Shown: positions 26,756-42,123 of the stretch, piece by piece | Position numbering within the stretch: the stretch's first letter is position 1 | How the letters are laid out: every line of letters begins with the position of its first letter | NCBI RefSeq assembly: GCF_001194135.2 | Contig: NC_069000.1 | Location: 3,123,647 to 3,187,646, forward strand | Reading direction: 5' to 3' | Source: Octopus bimaculoides | Taxonomy: Eukaryota | Length of the DNA: 64,000 bases | Position numbers and translations under genes: made by a program | Notes under the pieces: model-generated | Databases searched by the model: none | Seen by the model: the letters and a program-made list of their open reading frames with translations, nothing else | What the model was told of the DNA's origin: nothing

Positions 26756-27801
26756 AAATCACGTTGTAGAGAAATACGTTGGAAGACATTATTAAATAAT
26801 GACTAAGGCAGGTAATTATTTCTCGTCTATCTTCCTCTTTCACTTTTTTATGATGATCAGTAAATTTTAAATTTATTGTTCGACCATCACAAATGGTAAA
26901 TGTTTATAGTTCTATCGTTCTTAATTTTTCTGAAAGAAAAAAAATCGTTTACATCTACTGCACATTAATTAACTTGGTAGACATTTAGCTGTCACATAAT
27001 TTGCTATTTTACGAAAAAATATTTGTCTAATCAGTTATTTTCATTCTATCGTCTCACCTAAATTTCTATTGTGTTAATTCTACATAACATCACAAACTAT
27101 GTTAAAGTAAAGATAATGCTATTAAGAATGTCTTATACTTTCAGTACAAGTTGTTTGGAGAGGACAGGACAGACCGACGCCAGTACTTGACTAATATATT
27201 CGTTATTGACCTCGGAAGTATGAAACTCAAACTCGACGTCTACAACATTTGAGTTTACGGAAGAAATAACAGTAAACCTTTTGTCTGATGTACCAATGAC
27301 TCTGCCAACTAAATACATCAACAATAATTGCACTCTCATAATGATTCTGCTTCTTATTATGTTACTTAGGCTGTCAGTAACGCTTTCACGTGATTAGAGA
27401 AAAAGAGGGTGACAGTAAGATATCGGAAGTATTTTGTCCGACGCACTAATAATGCTACCAGCCCAACGCCTTCACAATGATGCGTGATGAGTATTTTCTA
27501 GAATTACAATTAAATATCCAATCTAAAGTTACCAATGATATTCATGTTTTTCTAACCTAACTTAAAATTAATAAACACATCTTAAAACTTGGATTAATTC
27601 TCTTATTAGTAGTAGACGGAGGAGGAGGAGTATTATATTGTTGCTGTTGTTGTTTTTGTAGCTTTTGATATTTTTAGTGTATTTATTGTTTGTTTCTATA
27701 ATAATTATCTCTTTTTTCTCTTTCTTTATTTTATTTATTTATTGATTCATTTAAATTTCTAGTTCTATATTATAAAACTATATATCTATATATATGAATA
27801 G

Positions 27802-27849
<48 letters not shown>

Positions 27850-30480
27850 NNNNNNNNNNTGCACAGACACTCGCATGTATATATATATATGTAACCTTTA
27901 TATGGATATATTCCTTATTATTATTTTGTTTCAGATTATATTTTGTACATCGTTATCAATTTAATATAAAACCAAACTGAAATATTGATAGGAATTGTTT
28001 CTTGTATGGTAATTTTTCAAATATGAATTTATATTCATCTATTTCATTTTATTTTATTTTTCTCAGTTTCATAATTTTTCTTCTTTAAATGAACGAGACG
28101 TGAATTTTAACGCCATAAACGACATTAAATGCACTCAGGCGTGACACGAATGGAGTAGACACAACAGAAATAAACAAGAAATATAGCAAGCCACTATTTT
28201 AGTAACGAGCTAACTAGATAAATATACAAATATTAATATTTAATCTCTTTGCTGTTATGGCTAGTTCTATTAGCTTTGTCACTGTTTGTTTCGTCCTTCC
28301 TGAACGAAAGTCATATTTCTTCTTTATGTAAATTATTCTTCAATTTTTGCATTACTTACAAGTATTTATTTTCCTTTTTAATTTGAGTTTGTGTGTTTGA
28401 TTTCTCTTAAAATATTCAAATTTTCATAATCTTATATTTGATAATATTTATTCTGTTTAGTCTTTTTTTTTCTGTATCGTCTCCTTCCGCTCCGCTATGA
28501 GAGAATTTGTAATTTTAAATTTCATAAACTTTAAAGAATTACTAACATTATTTTTGTTCTTCTAGCATAAAGATATTATCATTAAATAAATGTGAGGAGC
28601 GGAATAATAATTCTATAATAATAGTGTATCGCTCAGTATAAAGAATAGTCCTAGATTTTGGCTAAATCTCTCATGTTTTAAAGAAGATTAATTTAGTAAT
28701 TCTTCTGTTTTACGTTAACTGTGATTTTTGCGATTGTTTCACTGTTTTAACTTTCTTTTATTTTCAGGAAGTATATCGCTAAAATGTCGTTCCTTTCAAC
28801 CACAAAATTACTATGTTACTTTGATACACAACCAAATAATTGGAAAGTTACCTATTCGTTATAATGCCGCCTGAAACAACTATCATTATCCTGAAAATTG
28901 CTCAATTTTATATTACAAAACAATCTTTACAGTTTACAATAATTACAATCCCCAGAGGAAATTTCCACTTCTAAAACTTATCATTATAAATTCATAACAC
29001 ATATATAAATATATTAACATATACATAATTATATATATACACAAATGCATGTGTGTATTTATATGTTGGCAGATGTTTATATATACGTGTAGGCGCACAC
29101 AGATGTTTGCAGCTTGCTGCCTTTAATGTATGTAATAATTTTACGTTTGTAGTTTATATTATCATGTTTTTAAATATAATGCCATGCATGCATGTAAGAA
29201 GGTATGTTATTATAGTGTACTTTTATTGGTATTATATTGCTTGTGCGTGATCGGGATTGCGTAGTTCATGTATATTACTTTCTTTACGGAAATATTTGAG
29301 TTGTTATGAGCAAATAAGGTCTAAGAGTTTGTGCAGTTCTTTGATGTTGAAAGCGTAGTGATCTCTATAAGATTGTATGTAGTTTTGATGGCTACAATGG
29401 TGGAATCTTCTCAAAAGCATATCTGTTAAGGTGAAATGCCAAAGAAAATTAAATGATCAACAACAGCACTATCGAATTTGTAACAGTAGCAGCAGAACCA
29501 CAACGTTCCCTGAAGCAATACTTTCAATGTAAGAAGCCTTCGAAAATATAATAAAAATTAAGATGTTTAAGATGATAATAACAAGATCGACAGGAGCAAC
29601 AACAGTTGCATCTGTTATTCTAAACATTTCTAGGTCTCATGGCCTGCTAGAAATAGCAGGCAAATAGCTTTAAAACTTTTGCAGGAAACAAAACAAAAAA
29701 CGAGAGAATACGTTCGATGATGTGTTGAAAGATGCTCTTAAAGTGATAGGATGATCTTGAGCGAAATAGTTTCGATCATAGTTCAAAGCTCGACCGAAAA
29801 TCGCATTGGGTAAGAGAATTAAACATGTAACTCTATAATAGCTGGTTTGTGACTAAATCGAGAAAAGTTAAATAATTCCAAATGTGTTTTGAACATTGTA
29901 GAGTAAGATAGCCTACAGGTGACAATGTAACTTCTTTGGTAAAAAAAATAAAAATAATACTTTTAGTACTTAGATGATAGTGTTTGTTTTATGTTTTATA
30001 GCGATTCTTTTCTATTACTGTTGTCAATTCAAGTCTGTATATACTAGCGATTATTTTAGAATCATCTATGCTTAAATGGAATCTTTGAGTTGTTCGGTTA
30101 CCAGCATAAGAAACGTTACTTCCGATAAAATGCGTCTTTAGCTAACATTTAATGAAAGTTATTTCTTGACCTGCTACGATTAGCAGCTACATACCCTTTT
30201 AATTGAACACTATGGAAAAGAAAACTCGATAACGGTGTTCTAGATTCATTAATACAGAAATGAGAACCGACAGACAAGATAGTAATAGGTGGAAAGTCAT
30301 TAATCACAGGTTGACAGATTCAAGTTGTCCCTTACGCTAAACATATTTACTTGACAAATTAAGGTGTCTAATATTTGTTCTACTCTTCTCTGCCGCAATG
30401 TTATACCGTAGGTTCTCTGTTAATGAGTGTAGAGAACAGCGTCTTTTGAATCAGCAAAGAAAATTTCTTCACTGTGATAT

Positions 30481-30556
30481 CTGTGATATAGCTTACATAC
30501 TGTGATATAGCTTACACACTGTGATATAGCTTACACACTGTGATATAGCTTACACA
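30481..30556 (+). repeat. 19-bp tandem repeat, 4 units
   Basis: ctgtgatatagcttacata then ctgtgatatagcttacaca three times; partial ctgtgatat immediately upstream. Confidence 0.95.
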
Positions 30557-32445
30557 CTATGTGATAGATATTTGCCTTTGTAATGTTGCAGTGATCAATA
30601 TGGCCAAGCGATTCAAACTGTGGAGTTGAAGAAAACTTGGGAACGTAAAGGAGAAGAGGAATAACTTTCAGAAAACTTTAATTAACAAGTTATCAAGTTC
30701 AATTCCACAAACCAGCGTGTCTCCACCAAAGCAAAATAAAAAAAAAAAGAATGCATAAGATAATCACATTTGACGTTCATGCATATATTGTAATAATTTG
30801 GTATTAAGAACAAATACGAAATAAGTAAATTTTAACATTTGTTGAAAGCTTTTAATAAAAGGATTTCGCAGTATATTAATGACAACGTGATGCATGTTGA
30901 TACCTATCTGTAATGGTGAATTTTTAGACTACACCAACGGATTTAATTAACGAAGGCTAAGACAGATAAATTTACGGAAACTGAAATCGACTCATTAACA
31001 CTACAATTGCGCACAAGTGACCATTTTGTACATCGCAATTACATTCAGGTTTATGTCAGCACTATAAGCGAAAATTTGGTGTGCGTATGTATAAGCATTT
31101 TAATCTAGTTTTTATACGTAAATTTTTATAGCTTAATCTGCTTCGCGATTAACCGTTCTAAAAAGTAATTCTATCCTGTTCTCTCAGTTTCTAAATTATT
31201 ACGATATTATACAAATCTCCCACGCACGTACACGCATATATATATATATATATATATATATGCATGTATGTATACATACACTCTTCCCAGCAATATTCAT
31301 CTGTATTTATGTGTGGAACTGTATTTATAACAATCTCTCTATGTATATGTGTATACCGGTAAACAAAATGTTGTTTTCCAATCCATTTTCTTTTGTTTTC
31401 CAATATTTCCAGTGTTAAATTTCAAATCAATAACACTAGAAATATTTTATAAACTAAAAGTTGATTCAAAATAACAGCAAAAAGAAACCAGGAAAATGTA
31501 ACAAAAATTATGAAATTTTAGATATTCATCTTTATTGATCTGAATTCGAATTTCAGATATTTCTTCTTTATTTATTAAATATCGATTTAGTTTCTAATTT
31601 CTATTGCTGATTTCGTCTCAATCAATTCCAAGTTATGGAAAGTCTTCCATTGTACAAATTTTGAAATTTCTTGAAATTAAAAGAAAATAAACTGTAGGAA
31701 TATTTTTTTGTAAATGTATGTGGAATACATACTTTCTGTCACAGACATACAGGTGCATAAATGAATGCAGGAATGTTTGTGCACACATGGGAAGATTATA
31801 TAGGTGTGTATATGTGTGCAATATACACATATACATAAAGGAAAATAGACAAATAAATAGATAGTGCTGAGGCTTTAAATTTTATTTCCTGTTACCACTT
31901 TGTGCTGTAGAAAACGTTGTCAATAGAAGTTCTGAAATAGTTTAGATTGGAGCTCAAACTTGGCATATGTTTACAAACTCTGCAATTTATATTCATAACA
32001 TTTTTTAAAAAAGGATCATGCATCGAAATGTAAATTAACATATACTAACACAGACGCGCAAGGTGTGTTTTTGTAAATTTGGATTCAAACCTGGACCCTA
32101 AAAGCAAACGATACGGCCAAAGAGCAGTATCGATTCGAAGTTTTATGTAGATTGCAAGGTAATGGTTTCTGTCGTTATGCCTAACTCATCGTAAAGTGAA
32201 GACCAGCAGGAGTGACATCCAGGCTATTGCAAAAAGGCAAGTCACTGGATTTGATTAAAACGAGACAATGAAATATGTCTAAAATAATATTGAGAGAAGT
32301 CTAGTAACCGGTTTATGTCGCAAAATGCCGTCGAGGAAAGAACGCCGAAATGGCACGCATTCTCTCCTGATGATACTCATACGCTTGCTAGTGCCTTACA
32401 TGCGGAGATTTGATATGGGAGCACTTGCATCTGCACGTTGTTCGG

Positions 32446-32480
<35 letters not shown>

Positions 32481-32940
32481 CGTATTATGTAAAATATTTG
32501 ATTTCAATTCAAGTAATGAGGTAACATACTGCAATAAATTTAAGAAACAGTGAAAGCAACTGATAAAACAAACAGAAAATTGAGTAAATAACTCACAGAG
32601 GCTTGCAGTAACACCTGAGTAAAACAATTGGACTTACCTGAAAAAAAGAAGAGAAAAAATTCATAAAATACTTCCATATAAATAGGCAATGATAAAAATT
32701 GACATTGTTTCAATATTTAAAAATTCCTATGACATGTTCAGTAACAGTGGTTTGATAAATATATTAAGAATTTACGTAGCAGATAAATTAAGTACATGTT
32801 CTTGCATAGGAGCGAGAGAATTCAGCGCAGTTACTTGGATGCAGGCGTTTTGGCACGGTTAACCTTTCAGCATTTAAACTATTTTGGCGAAGGATTTTTT
32901 GGCATGGGAAGTAAGCACCCACGTGCATGCTTGCATGAGA

Positions 32941-32993
32941 AATATAGATAGATAGATAGAAATATAGATAGATAGATAGAAATATAGATAGAT
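32941..32993 (+). repeat. 20-bp GATA-derived tandem repeat
   Basis: aatatagatagatagataga repeated about 2.7 times. Confidence 0.85.
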
Positions 32994-33530
32994 GCGTAGA
33001 AAGAAAGAGGAAAGAGAAATTACAATTTATTTGTGATGCCGATTAACATAAACACGGTCGCTTTCTTCGAAGGCTCGAAGAGAAATAGGTTCACAGAGAG
33101 ACAGAGAGAAAAGGAGAAAGAAGAAATAGATAGAGAGGGGGAATGGGTGAGATACATGTGGAGACTATGATAAATATTTTCACGGTACTAAATATTCACG
33201 GATACATAAGGTCTAATGTCAAACATGTCAGCGTCGAATTAGAGATGCCAGTGAGGCAGGAACAACATGGTTGCATCAGAGCCTCTTTTAGACTTCTCAC
33301 ATCCATAAGCTAACTATAATGGTGTTAACAGATGCTGTACAATTAATGGTATAACAATGTTTAATGTAACTAATACCAATATTTTTCTGGAGCATCCTTG
33401 GATGTCTTTAGAAATGTGATAGTTATGTAATTCATAATTTAATTGATACATATTATTTTTTTTCTTTTTCACTCATTTGGATGCGGACATGAAGGGCCAG
33501 TGGAAATTGTTCCATTAGTTTTTTTTTACA

Positions 33531-33820
33531 GAACTGGGAAGTAACGCGGACGTAAATATACCAACAACGGTTGTCAAGTAGTTGTGGGATACAAACACAA
33601 GTACAATCCCCACTACCGCACACGCACATACATCACACACAAACGCAATACACACAAATATATACACACACTCAATATATACAAACACACACGACAGGAT
33701 TCTCCCTCCTCAAAATCTACTCACAAGTCTTTGGTTGGCTAGAGACCAAACTAGAAAACACTACCCAAGATTCCACGAAAAGTCACTGAGCCCGGGACTA
33801 TGTGACTGACAACCACAGTT
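33531..33820 (-). mobile_element. Bipartite CORE-like SINE with internal (CA/TA)n, diverged
   Basis: Plus: aagtaacgcggacgtaaatataccaacaacggttgtcaag (second module), CA-rich spacer, acgacagg...aaatctactcacaagtctttggttggc...acactacccaag (head module). Confidence 0.75.
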
Positions 33821-35109
33821 ATTTATACATCCAAAAATTATGATAGGGTTGCACACGATTTCTGCTACAATATCTGGACAGTCTTTGCATACATTCTCAA
33901 AATCAGCAATATGAAAATGCAATGCAATATCGTCCTACCCACTCCCCTTGATCCACTGAAGAACCTTCTATAAATTCCGGCCCATCTAAGCGGAAAGGAT
34001 ATAACTGCTATTTCACAGTTTACGTGACCGTAGACTCTCACTCCTCTGTTGTGAACTATTTGAAAGCATAGTACATTTACTCAAGCCATTCCGACATAGA
34101 ATTTTGCGTCTTCTTGTAGTATTGCACTGAACTGAAATTTCAATGGAAGTTGTGGAGTCTTACCAACATTGAATGAATTTTAGATATGGATGCAGAACAT
34201 AAAATTATTGATCTACGAAGTCTCAGAATGCTGGAGATATTGTAGGGAATTCCATCACCATATCACTATGCAATAAAATTTCCTCAGCATGAATATTTCA
34301 TAACAAATTTATAAATATTTTTAAAGTATATCTTAATAATTTACTACCGCCTTTCACTGTAATATCCTTTTCGATATACCCCTAAAATTGGAGCGTGTCC
34401 GGTGTAGCAAAAACTGACGAAAAGCAGGAGAGAGGCATGTATGGCATTATTACCTCATATACTAATAAGATTTTTAAAGCGGAACTAAGAATATGCATAT
34501 TGCATCGCAGATTTTATAGAATTTATAAACCTAATAAATTCATAAAATTTGTATGCAGAAAAATGATTTTGTCGTTTAAGTGTTTGGGGTTTTTAAATGG
34601 AATTTATAGGCGTAGGAGCATGTTTAGAAATTCTCCTTTCACGCTATGTTGGTGACTCCATTTATTGAGTTGAACAGGATATTCATTAAACAATTACATG
34701 GGTTTCCTACAAATATTTCAAATGGATGCACGATAAATATGAATGTCATGCATGTGCAGATAAATATGGCGGATCGATAAACTTGAGCGATAGATTGAAT
34801 AAACGGGAGATATGAAAGGATATTTAATATCTGTGTCTTGTTATCATGTGAGTTAACCCTTTTAACAACGATAGATTATTTAAGTAAATAAGTTAGGGAG
34901 GAAACAGATAACTAAAGATACGAAAAGTGAATAAAGAGAAGCATAAAGATAGAGATGTAATGAGAGTAGTGAAGTGAGTGATTGTTAAGATGTGTAAGTG
35001 TAAAATGTCTTGATACAGCTTCATGATGAACACAATTATTCCTTTGAATGTGTAAGCATCACGGCGTTTGATGAACCGGACATCCGACACATCGAATCGA
35101 CGGGAGGTG

Positions 35110-35148
<39 letters not shown>

Positions 35149-36290
35149 TTGTAAGTATATGATTTTGGGAGTTTATATAATTGTAAGTGTCTGGTTGCGT
35201 GTTTTGGTGCGCCGGCAATGTTTATCAGTGAAGAATGTTCAAAGATTTAAGAAACCAAAAACGCCAAGACAAGTGCATTTCCGCACAATGCTCCGTGCAC
35301 TATTTCATCTGTGCAAAGACGAATACACTTCCAAGTCATTATTTCATTGCAAACATGCAGCAAAACACTGGTTGGCCTATTAAAAAACTTATCCAATAAA
35401 GTTCTTGTCCATTAGTTGCGATATGAAGCGAAAAATGTGTTCTTGAAACTTAAGTGAAACTCGACAGAATATTGGGAAATATATTGATTATTAATAACGA
35501 AACAAGCTGTTAATTTGGTGTAAATGTGTGTGTGTGTGTGTGTGGAGGGGAGATTAGCAATCTGTGGAATCGACTGAAGTAATTAGCGGGTCATTATTAT
35601 ATTGATACCCGGTTGATGGAAGACAACGATAAGATCGACCGTATTTTCACTCTGCACTCTCCCCGTGTGTATGTATGTGTGTGTATATANNNNNNNNNNN
35701 NNNNNNNNNNNNNNNNNNNNNNNNNNNNNNNNNNNNNNNNNNNNNNNNNNNNNNNNNNNNNNNNNNNNNNNNNNNNNNNNNNNNNNNNNNNNNNNNNNNN
35801 NNNNNNNNNNNNNNNNNNNNNNNNNNNNNNNNNNNNNNNNNNNNNNNNNNNNNNNNNNNNNNNNNNNNNNNNNNNNNNNNNNNNNNNNNNNNNNNNNNNN
35901 NNNNNNNNNNNNNNNNNNNNNNNNNNNNNNNNNNNNNNNNNNNNNNNNNNNNNNNNNNNNNNNNNNNNNNNNNNNNNNNNNNNNNNNNNNNNNNNNNNNN
36001 NNNNNNNNNNNNNNNNNNNNNNNNNNNNNNNNNNNNNNNNNNNNNNNNNNNNNNNNNNNNNNNNNNNNNNNNNNNNNNNNNNNNNNNNNNNNNNNNNNNN
36101 NNNNNNNNNNNNNNNNNNNNNNNNNNNNNNNNNNNNNNNNNNNNNNNNNNNNNNNNNNNNNNNNNNNNNNNNNNNNNNNNNNNNNNNNNNNNNNNNNNNN
36201 NNNNNNNNNNNNNNNNNNNNNNNNNNNNNNNNNNNNNNNNNNNNNNNNNNNNNNNNNNNNNNNNNNNNNNNNNNNNNNNNNNNNNNNNNN

Positions 36291-36332
<42 letters not shown>

Positions 36333-36334
<2 letters not shown>

Positions 36335-36496
36335 GACGGGCTTCTTTCAGCCTCTATCTATCAAATCCACTCCCAAGTCTTTGGTCGGCCCGTGGCTATA
36401 GTAGAAGACGCTTGCTCAAGGTGGCACGCACTAGGACAGACTCCGGAACCATGTGGCTGGTAAGCAAGCAACTTACCACACAGCCACTTCTGCGCC
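36333..36496 (-). mobile_element. CORE-like SINE head module, well conserved
   Basis: Minus strand ggcgcagaagtggctgtgtggtaag (A box) ...catggttccggagtc...caccttgagcaagcgtcttctactatagcc (CORE-like; compare MIR gaccttgggcaagtcactt) ...gaaagaagcccgtcgta(TA)n. Confidence 0.9.
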
Positions 36497-36653
36497 TATA
36501 TATATTTACAAATGTCTGAATATACATATGTTTACGATTATGTAAAGATAGACGTACTAGTACGTATATACATATGTGTATTCATACGCACAAACATATT
36601 TACATAGTCATATATACAAATGTATTTACTTATTTATAAAGATACACATATTA

Positions 36654-36686
<33 letters not shown>

Positions 36687-37805
36687 AAAAAACGTTACTA
36701 ATATAATGTGTATTGATAACCTACACATACGAGATCAGTATCGCTAGGACAATAAATTTTCATAAAGTCATATAAATTTATTACACACTTAAATATGCAA
36801 TATATTTTACTTCATGTTCTTTTCACGTCTTAGAGTATTCAAATTATTGCTAATTATGCGATGATGGAAAAACATTGAGGTAATGTGTCTCTAATAAGTA
36901 GACACTAGAGTACGAACATAGATAATTTAAATTAGCGTTAAGTTTTTCGGCATAATCGTATGCATAAAGATTGATAAATATATATCCAGTTACATATCTT
37001 ATCTAACAAGGGTATTATTTCAACATAAACTGTATCTCTCTCTCTTTCTTTCTCTCTCTCTCTCTCTGTATACATATATTATATGTGTGTGGGGGGGGGG
37101 ATATACAAACTATTATTCGGTGTTTCATAAGAATCCGTTCGTATTATCACAACTGTCTGATTAACACTGCAGTGAAACGCCGAGTACTCTTTCGTAAAGG
37201 TTTTTTTTTCTAGCTTTTATAAATAGTATATAACTCCACTTTTCGTAGTCATGCACTCTTTTTTCGCACTTGGTAGTATTAGACAGTTTAAATATATATT
37301 AACTGAAATTGTTGAATGAGCGTTTGGCTCAAACGGATGCCCAAGGAACCATGTCAGTGTAGATTTGTGAGTTTGATTCTGGCTGGGGTTAGCTAATCAT
37401 TTCACAACCATTTGCTTGTATTTGGAAATTGTCGCTTCAAACCATCGGGTAATAGAATATTATTATGATGTATCATTACTCAGTTCCAGACATGTGTGCG
37501 TGTGAGGAAGCGTAGTGATCCCAAGGCTAAGATGTCTACTATGCATCATGACACGCTTAGATTCGATCTGATCCAGTAGAATCCGATCAAACCATAGTTC
37601 CTAAGCAATTATGTTAAACATGCGCCTCCTCGTTGGCCACTGATTGACGAGGATACAGCCTATTGGAATTACGATGAGAATCCACGTGTCTGTGGACCGA
37701 CGTAACACATGCGGGCTAAATTAGGAGAAGATAAATCTATCGACCAAACACATGAATATTTATCATTGAGCATATGATATCCACTAGCATATAATCTCTC
37801 TCTCC

Positions 37806-37836
<31 letters not shown>

Positions 37837-37888
37837 TGTTTGTGCTCGTGTGTGTTAGATATATAGATTGAATGTGTGTATGATCATA

Positions 37889-37928
<40 letters not shown>

Positions 37929-39188
37929 GTGTATACATATACGCTCACACATCAACAGATATATATATATATATATATATATGTGCTTGCCTATCTGTGT
38001 TAGTGTATGTTTAAAATACTCTAGAATAGTTGCTGATTTTTTTATTCAACTTGTATTAGTTGATTTTTGCTAAAACATTTTGAACAATATTTAAATCAGG
38101 CTCCTATCAGACAAAAATATTGATGACTTCAGAGTAGTCTCTAAAGGTACGTAAATATAGGAAGGGTACCGATTATTGATTACCAAGATGTTCTTGCTTG
38201 GTTTGACGTGAAAATGGCCGTTATTTTTGTTTACAATTCAGCCATTGTTTTGATAAGGTTTCAAGGCAGAAAACCCAAAAAAATCAAAAAAAAAATAAAA
38301 GACCAAAAATATTGTAAATATAAAATAAACAAAAATGAAACTGTATTTGCTAAAAGAAATTGTGCGATCGATGCCTCGACTTGTTGTTGAATCTCTGAAT
38401 ATTGGTCTGTGTCATTATAGATTTTTTAAGAGACAAAATATACTTTGAAGCTCACTTAGATATTTATAACCTGAAAGAAGCATATATATATATATATATA
38501 TATATGTATATGTATATATATATGGGGGTGTATCTAAGTAAGTGTGTATGTGTATGTATGGCGAGATAGATAGATATACGTATGTGCATATGTATATATG
38601 AATGTGTTTGTGTGTGTGTGTGATTGTGTGTGTATGTGTGTTTGCTGTGTGTGTTGAATTTCCGATGGTCGATGATGAAATATCATTTGATAATGAGACT
38701 GCGTTACTTGCGCCTCGGCGAACGTTTGAATGTTAGATTTTCCCCAGACACATGTACCCATTATTTAATTGCCAGCTTCAATCAGAAAGGCACGTTCTGT
38801 AACAAATTTCTATCTGTAACAAGTTTCCAGTCATCATTACAGTTTCGGCCTGCTACACTTGAGACTGTTCAAAATTGGTAGGTCCCAAAAATTTAAGGTA
38901 AGGCCATAAAATGTTTGGAAGAAAGTGGGCGAATATGTGCGACAACAAGAAAACGGAGAAAATGTTACATGATTACAAATAAAAACAAGAATAACAATAA
39001 GTGTCTTTCGACTAAGAGGACAGGTTAAGTTAAGCTGGCGTGTGAAGAGGAAGCCTCAGCGCAACAAACATAAATGAAAGTCAGGAGACAGGAAAATAAG
39101 GTGTTGTGCGAGCGGGTTTCAGACCAAGAAAGAAAGATCGTGCTTGGACAGCACAAACATATACACATATATAATATCTGTATATATA

Positions 39189-39224
<36 letters not shown>

Positions 39225-40240
39225 TGTATGTATGTATGTGTGTGTGTATGTGTGTGTGTATGTGTGTGTGTATGTGTGTGTGTGTGTGTGCGTATATGGT
39301 ATGTTTATATAAGTATTTATATATAGCTAGATAACTGTGAGTGTACATATACCTATGTATAAATACTTCGGAATAATTGTGATATTAATAACATTTTTCA
39401 TCCGTTTTGCTCTCACTATCCTGCATGCATCGTGACGTCTATTTAATCCTTTGAATTACCTACTGCCACACATTCACGTAGTGCTTCTTGTATAGTAATC
39501 TTTTAATTTTTTTATTTATTATTATTATTTTTTTTTTCTTGCACAGAACAACCATATAAAATAACCATTCTAAAATAGAAAAAAACATCAACATTAATAT
39601 TGCTGAATATGTTCAGCTATTCGTAAGGCCTCTCTAGGATTTGACAGCATGACAAGAAAGACAATGTAAAAGAAAACAAAAAATAAGACACTAACATTGT
39701 AACTATATAAAGCTTTACGGCGTATAACCTTCATGACACACGCTAAAAAACACTAATGCACAGCTTATGTGAGCCATATTTTCAAGGAACTAATAAGAAA
39801 ACGACAGTGCTGACATCTTGAGAGCGATCTTTTTCTTTTTAACAGCGAACTATGAATTCGATTAAACGAAGCACATGTTTTATGCCACGTTCATTTTCGT
39901 CACATATCCTTGATACCTGTCGTGTGACCAATCCGTTTTATTTCATAAAAGACAATGACATACACTTGCATTTCTCTCTTTCTCGTTCTCTGCCTCCTCT
40001 CTCTCGCTCAATATCTCTTTCTCTTAACACGCTTATATTCTTCGCTGACATGAAAAACGTAAAAAACATACATATCTTAATTTTAAAAAAAGCTACGTAA
40101 TCATAGTGACTATATATAAAAAAGTATCTGAAAGAACACACTATATATATACAAAATAAAGGTGAATTCGTAACATCATTCCCATACACGTAGAAGCACA
40201 AAATGTTTAACGCGCACTCCAAAATGAAAATCTGTATGTG

Positions 40241-40278
40241 TAAAATCTGTGGCTGCTTTGTAAAATCTGTGGCTGCTT
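40241..40278 (+). repeat. 20-bp direct duplication
   Basis: taaaatctgtggctgctt at 40241 and 40261. Confidence 0.85.
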
Positions 40279-40348
40279 AAATGCAATTTGCCATGGGCAA
40301 TGATATATTTACAAACGAGGCTGACACACTTCGTGACTGACACACGTG

Positions 40349-40422
<74 letters not shown>

Positions 40423-40680
40423 CGCACCTACTCACAAACATGAAGACACACAGGCAGGAAGGCAGGTAGGCAAATTGATCGATAGAGTGATAGATAGAAA
40501 GACAGAAAGATATGAGATGATATGCTGGCGCAGACGTTACTGTTGAAACAGCATTCAAAGTACAGATGATGTAGTTATGTTTGTAACAACTGACAAATCA
40601 CTTCTTTTTATTCAAAACTAGTCTGATGAATCAGAACGTGTAAATCTCATTACTAGTTGTATGGTGCAAGTTTTATAAAC

Positions 40681-40711
<31 letters not shown>

Positions 40712-41076
40712 TGTGTGTGTGTGTGCGTGTGTGTGTGTGGATTAACTAAGATGCTCTACCATCGTTATTACATATTTTGTACTGTCAAGAAACATGTATT
40801 TGGTGTCCTTATCCTAAATTGACCCGTTCGTAAAATCTCATGGTTGTACATCTTGAACCAGGTTGGAGACAAATTCCGATGTGTATGATGAAACTTCATC
40901 AAAATTCATACAACGAACAAAATGGGATACACACCTTAAATTATATATATATATATATACATTATATATATACTTATGTATATATAGATACATAAATATA
41001 TGTATATATACCTATGTATGTATACATATATACATATATGTATACATAACACATATACATATATAAATGTATATAC

Positions 41077-41153
<77 letters not shown>

Positions 41154-41559
41154 AACACCTACACATACACCGATAGAAAGACAGAGCATAGCTTTGATGT
41201 ATTTTGATCTATAAATGTTAAACTGTATTCCCTGCTTCTGCTCATTGAATTATCTCTTGAAATGTTATGAAATATGAACATGCTGTCATTATATATATAC
41301 CTAATTCCCTACTGTGAGCAGTATTCTTTTGATTTTAAATATTTTTTGCATATTTTGTTTAATTTTTTTCGTTCTCTTTTCGTTATTCATTCATATTTTT
41401 GAGCGTTCGCGCATGTTAAGTTTCATATGTTTATATTTCGTTCGGTTTTAACATCTTTTGATATTCATTCTATTTTTTTACTTCTTCTTCTGACATCGAC
41501 AACCTGTTGATAAGCCTTCAGGAACTCGAATTTCATTCATAGTCTTTTTAAATCTCACA

Positions 41560-41920
41560 TACTTGTATCATCACCATCATCATTGATCTTCCTACTTATC
41601 AACAATATTACAAGTATAAGTTTCATCGCCGTCATAATCGTCGTCTCTCTTTTCTCTGTGATAAACCTCACAGTGATTACCATCAACACCATCATAATCA
41701 TTAACATAATCATCATTTACATCACCATGACATTACAACTACAGAACGTGTTAGATCGTCGCACCTTTAGCATCACCATCACGTTTATCAACCAAATCCC
41801 TATCACCATCTTCGTCCCAAACAACTTTTATCCTATCAAGACCAAGCCACAATGACCTTCATAATAAACACGTACCCACTCCAACTATAGCGAACATCAT
41901 CATCATCACTCACAACATAT
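41560..41920. repeat. Degenerate (ATC/ACC)n low-complexity tract
   Basis: Repeated catcac/catcat/cataat triplets; source of the spurious I/T-rich ORF 41583-41855. Confidence 0.7.
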
Positions 41921-42085
41921 GTTAATGTACTGCAGATAAACCAATAAACCGACGAAAATTTCCGCTTTTCAACATTCTTAAAATAAAGCGATTTATCATT
42001 CATGTCGCCTCTCACTCCCTCTCACACACACACGCAGAAACCCACAATCACAATCTTCCTCCTACTATTTCACCACTTCTCCCTC

Positions 42086-42123
<38 letters not shown>

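Noticed and set aside
28768-28880. Very strong plus-strand acceptor tttcttttattttcag|G
   Set aside because: All three frames stop within about 110 bp and no good donor follows; could only be a UTR or terminal exon.
30410-30497. FLHCDICDIAY resembling the start of an octopus-type C2H2 zinc finger (YHCDICGKSF)
   Set aside because: CDICD arises from the duplicated ctgtgatat of the adjacent 19-bp repeat; there is no HxxxH or TGEKP linker, and a stop follows.
12417-30556. Tandem repeats considered as CRISPR arrays
   Set aside because: Units are contiguous with no unique spacers, no cas genes are present, and the context is eukaryotic.
33939-33985. 47-bp minus-strand candidate exon (GPEFIEGSSVDQGEW)
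   Set aside because: Short, moderate donor (gtagga), and no independent support.
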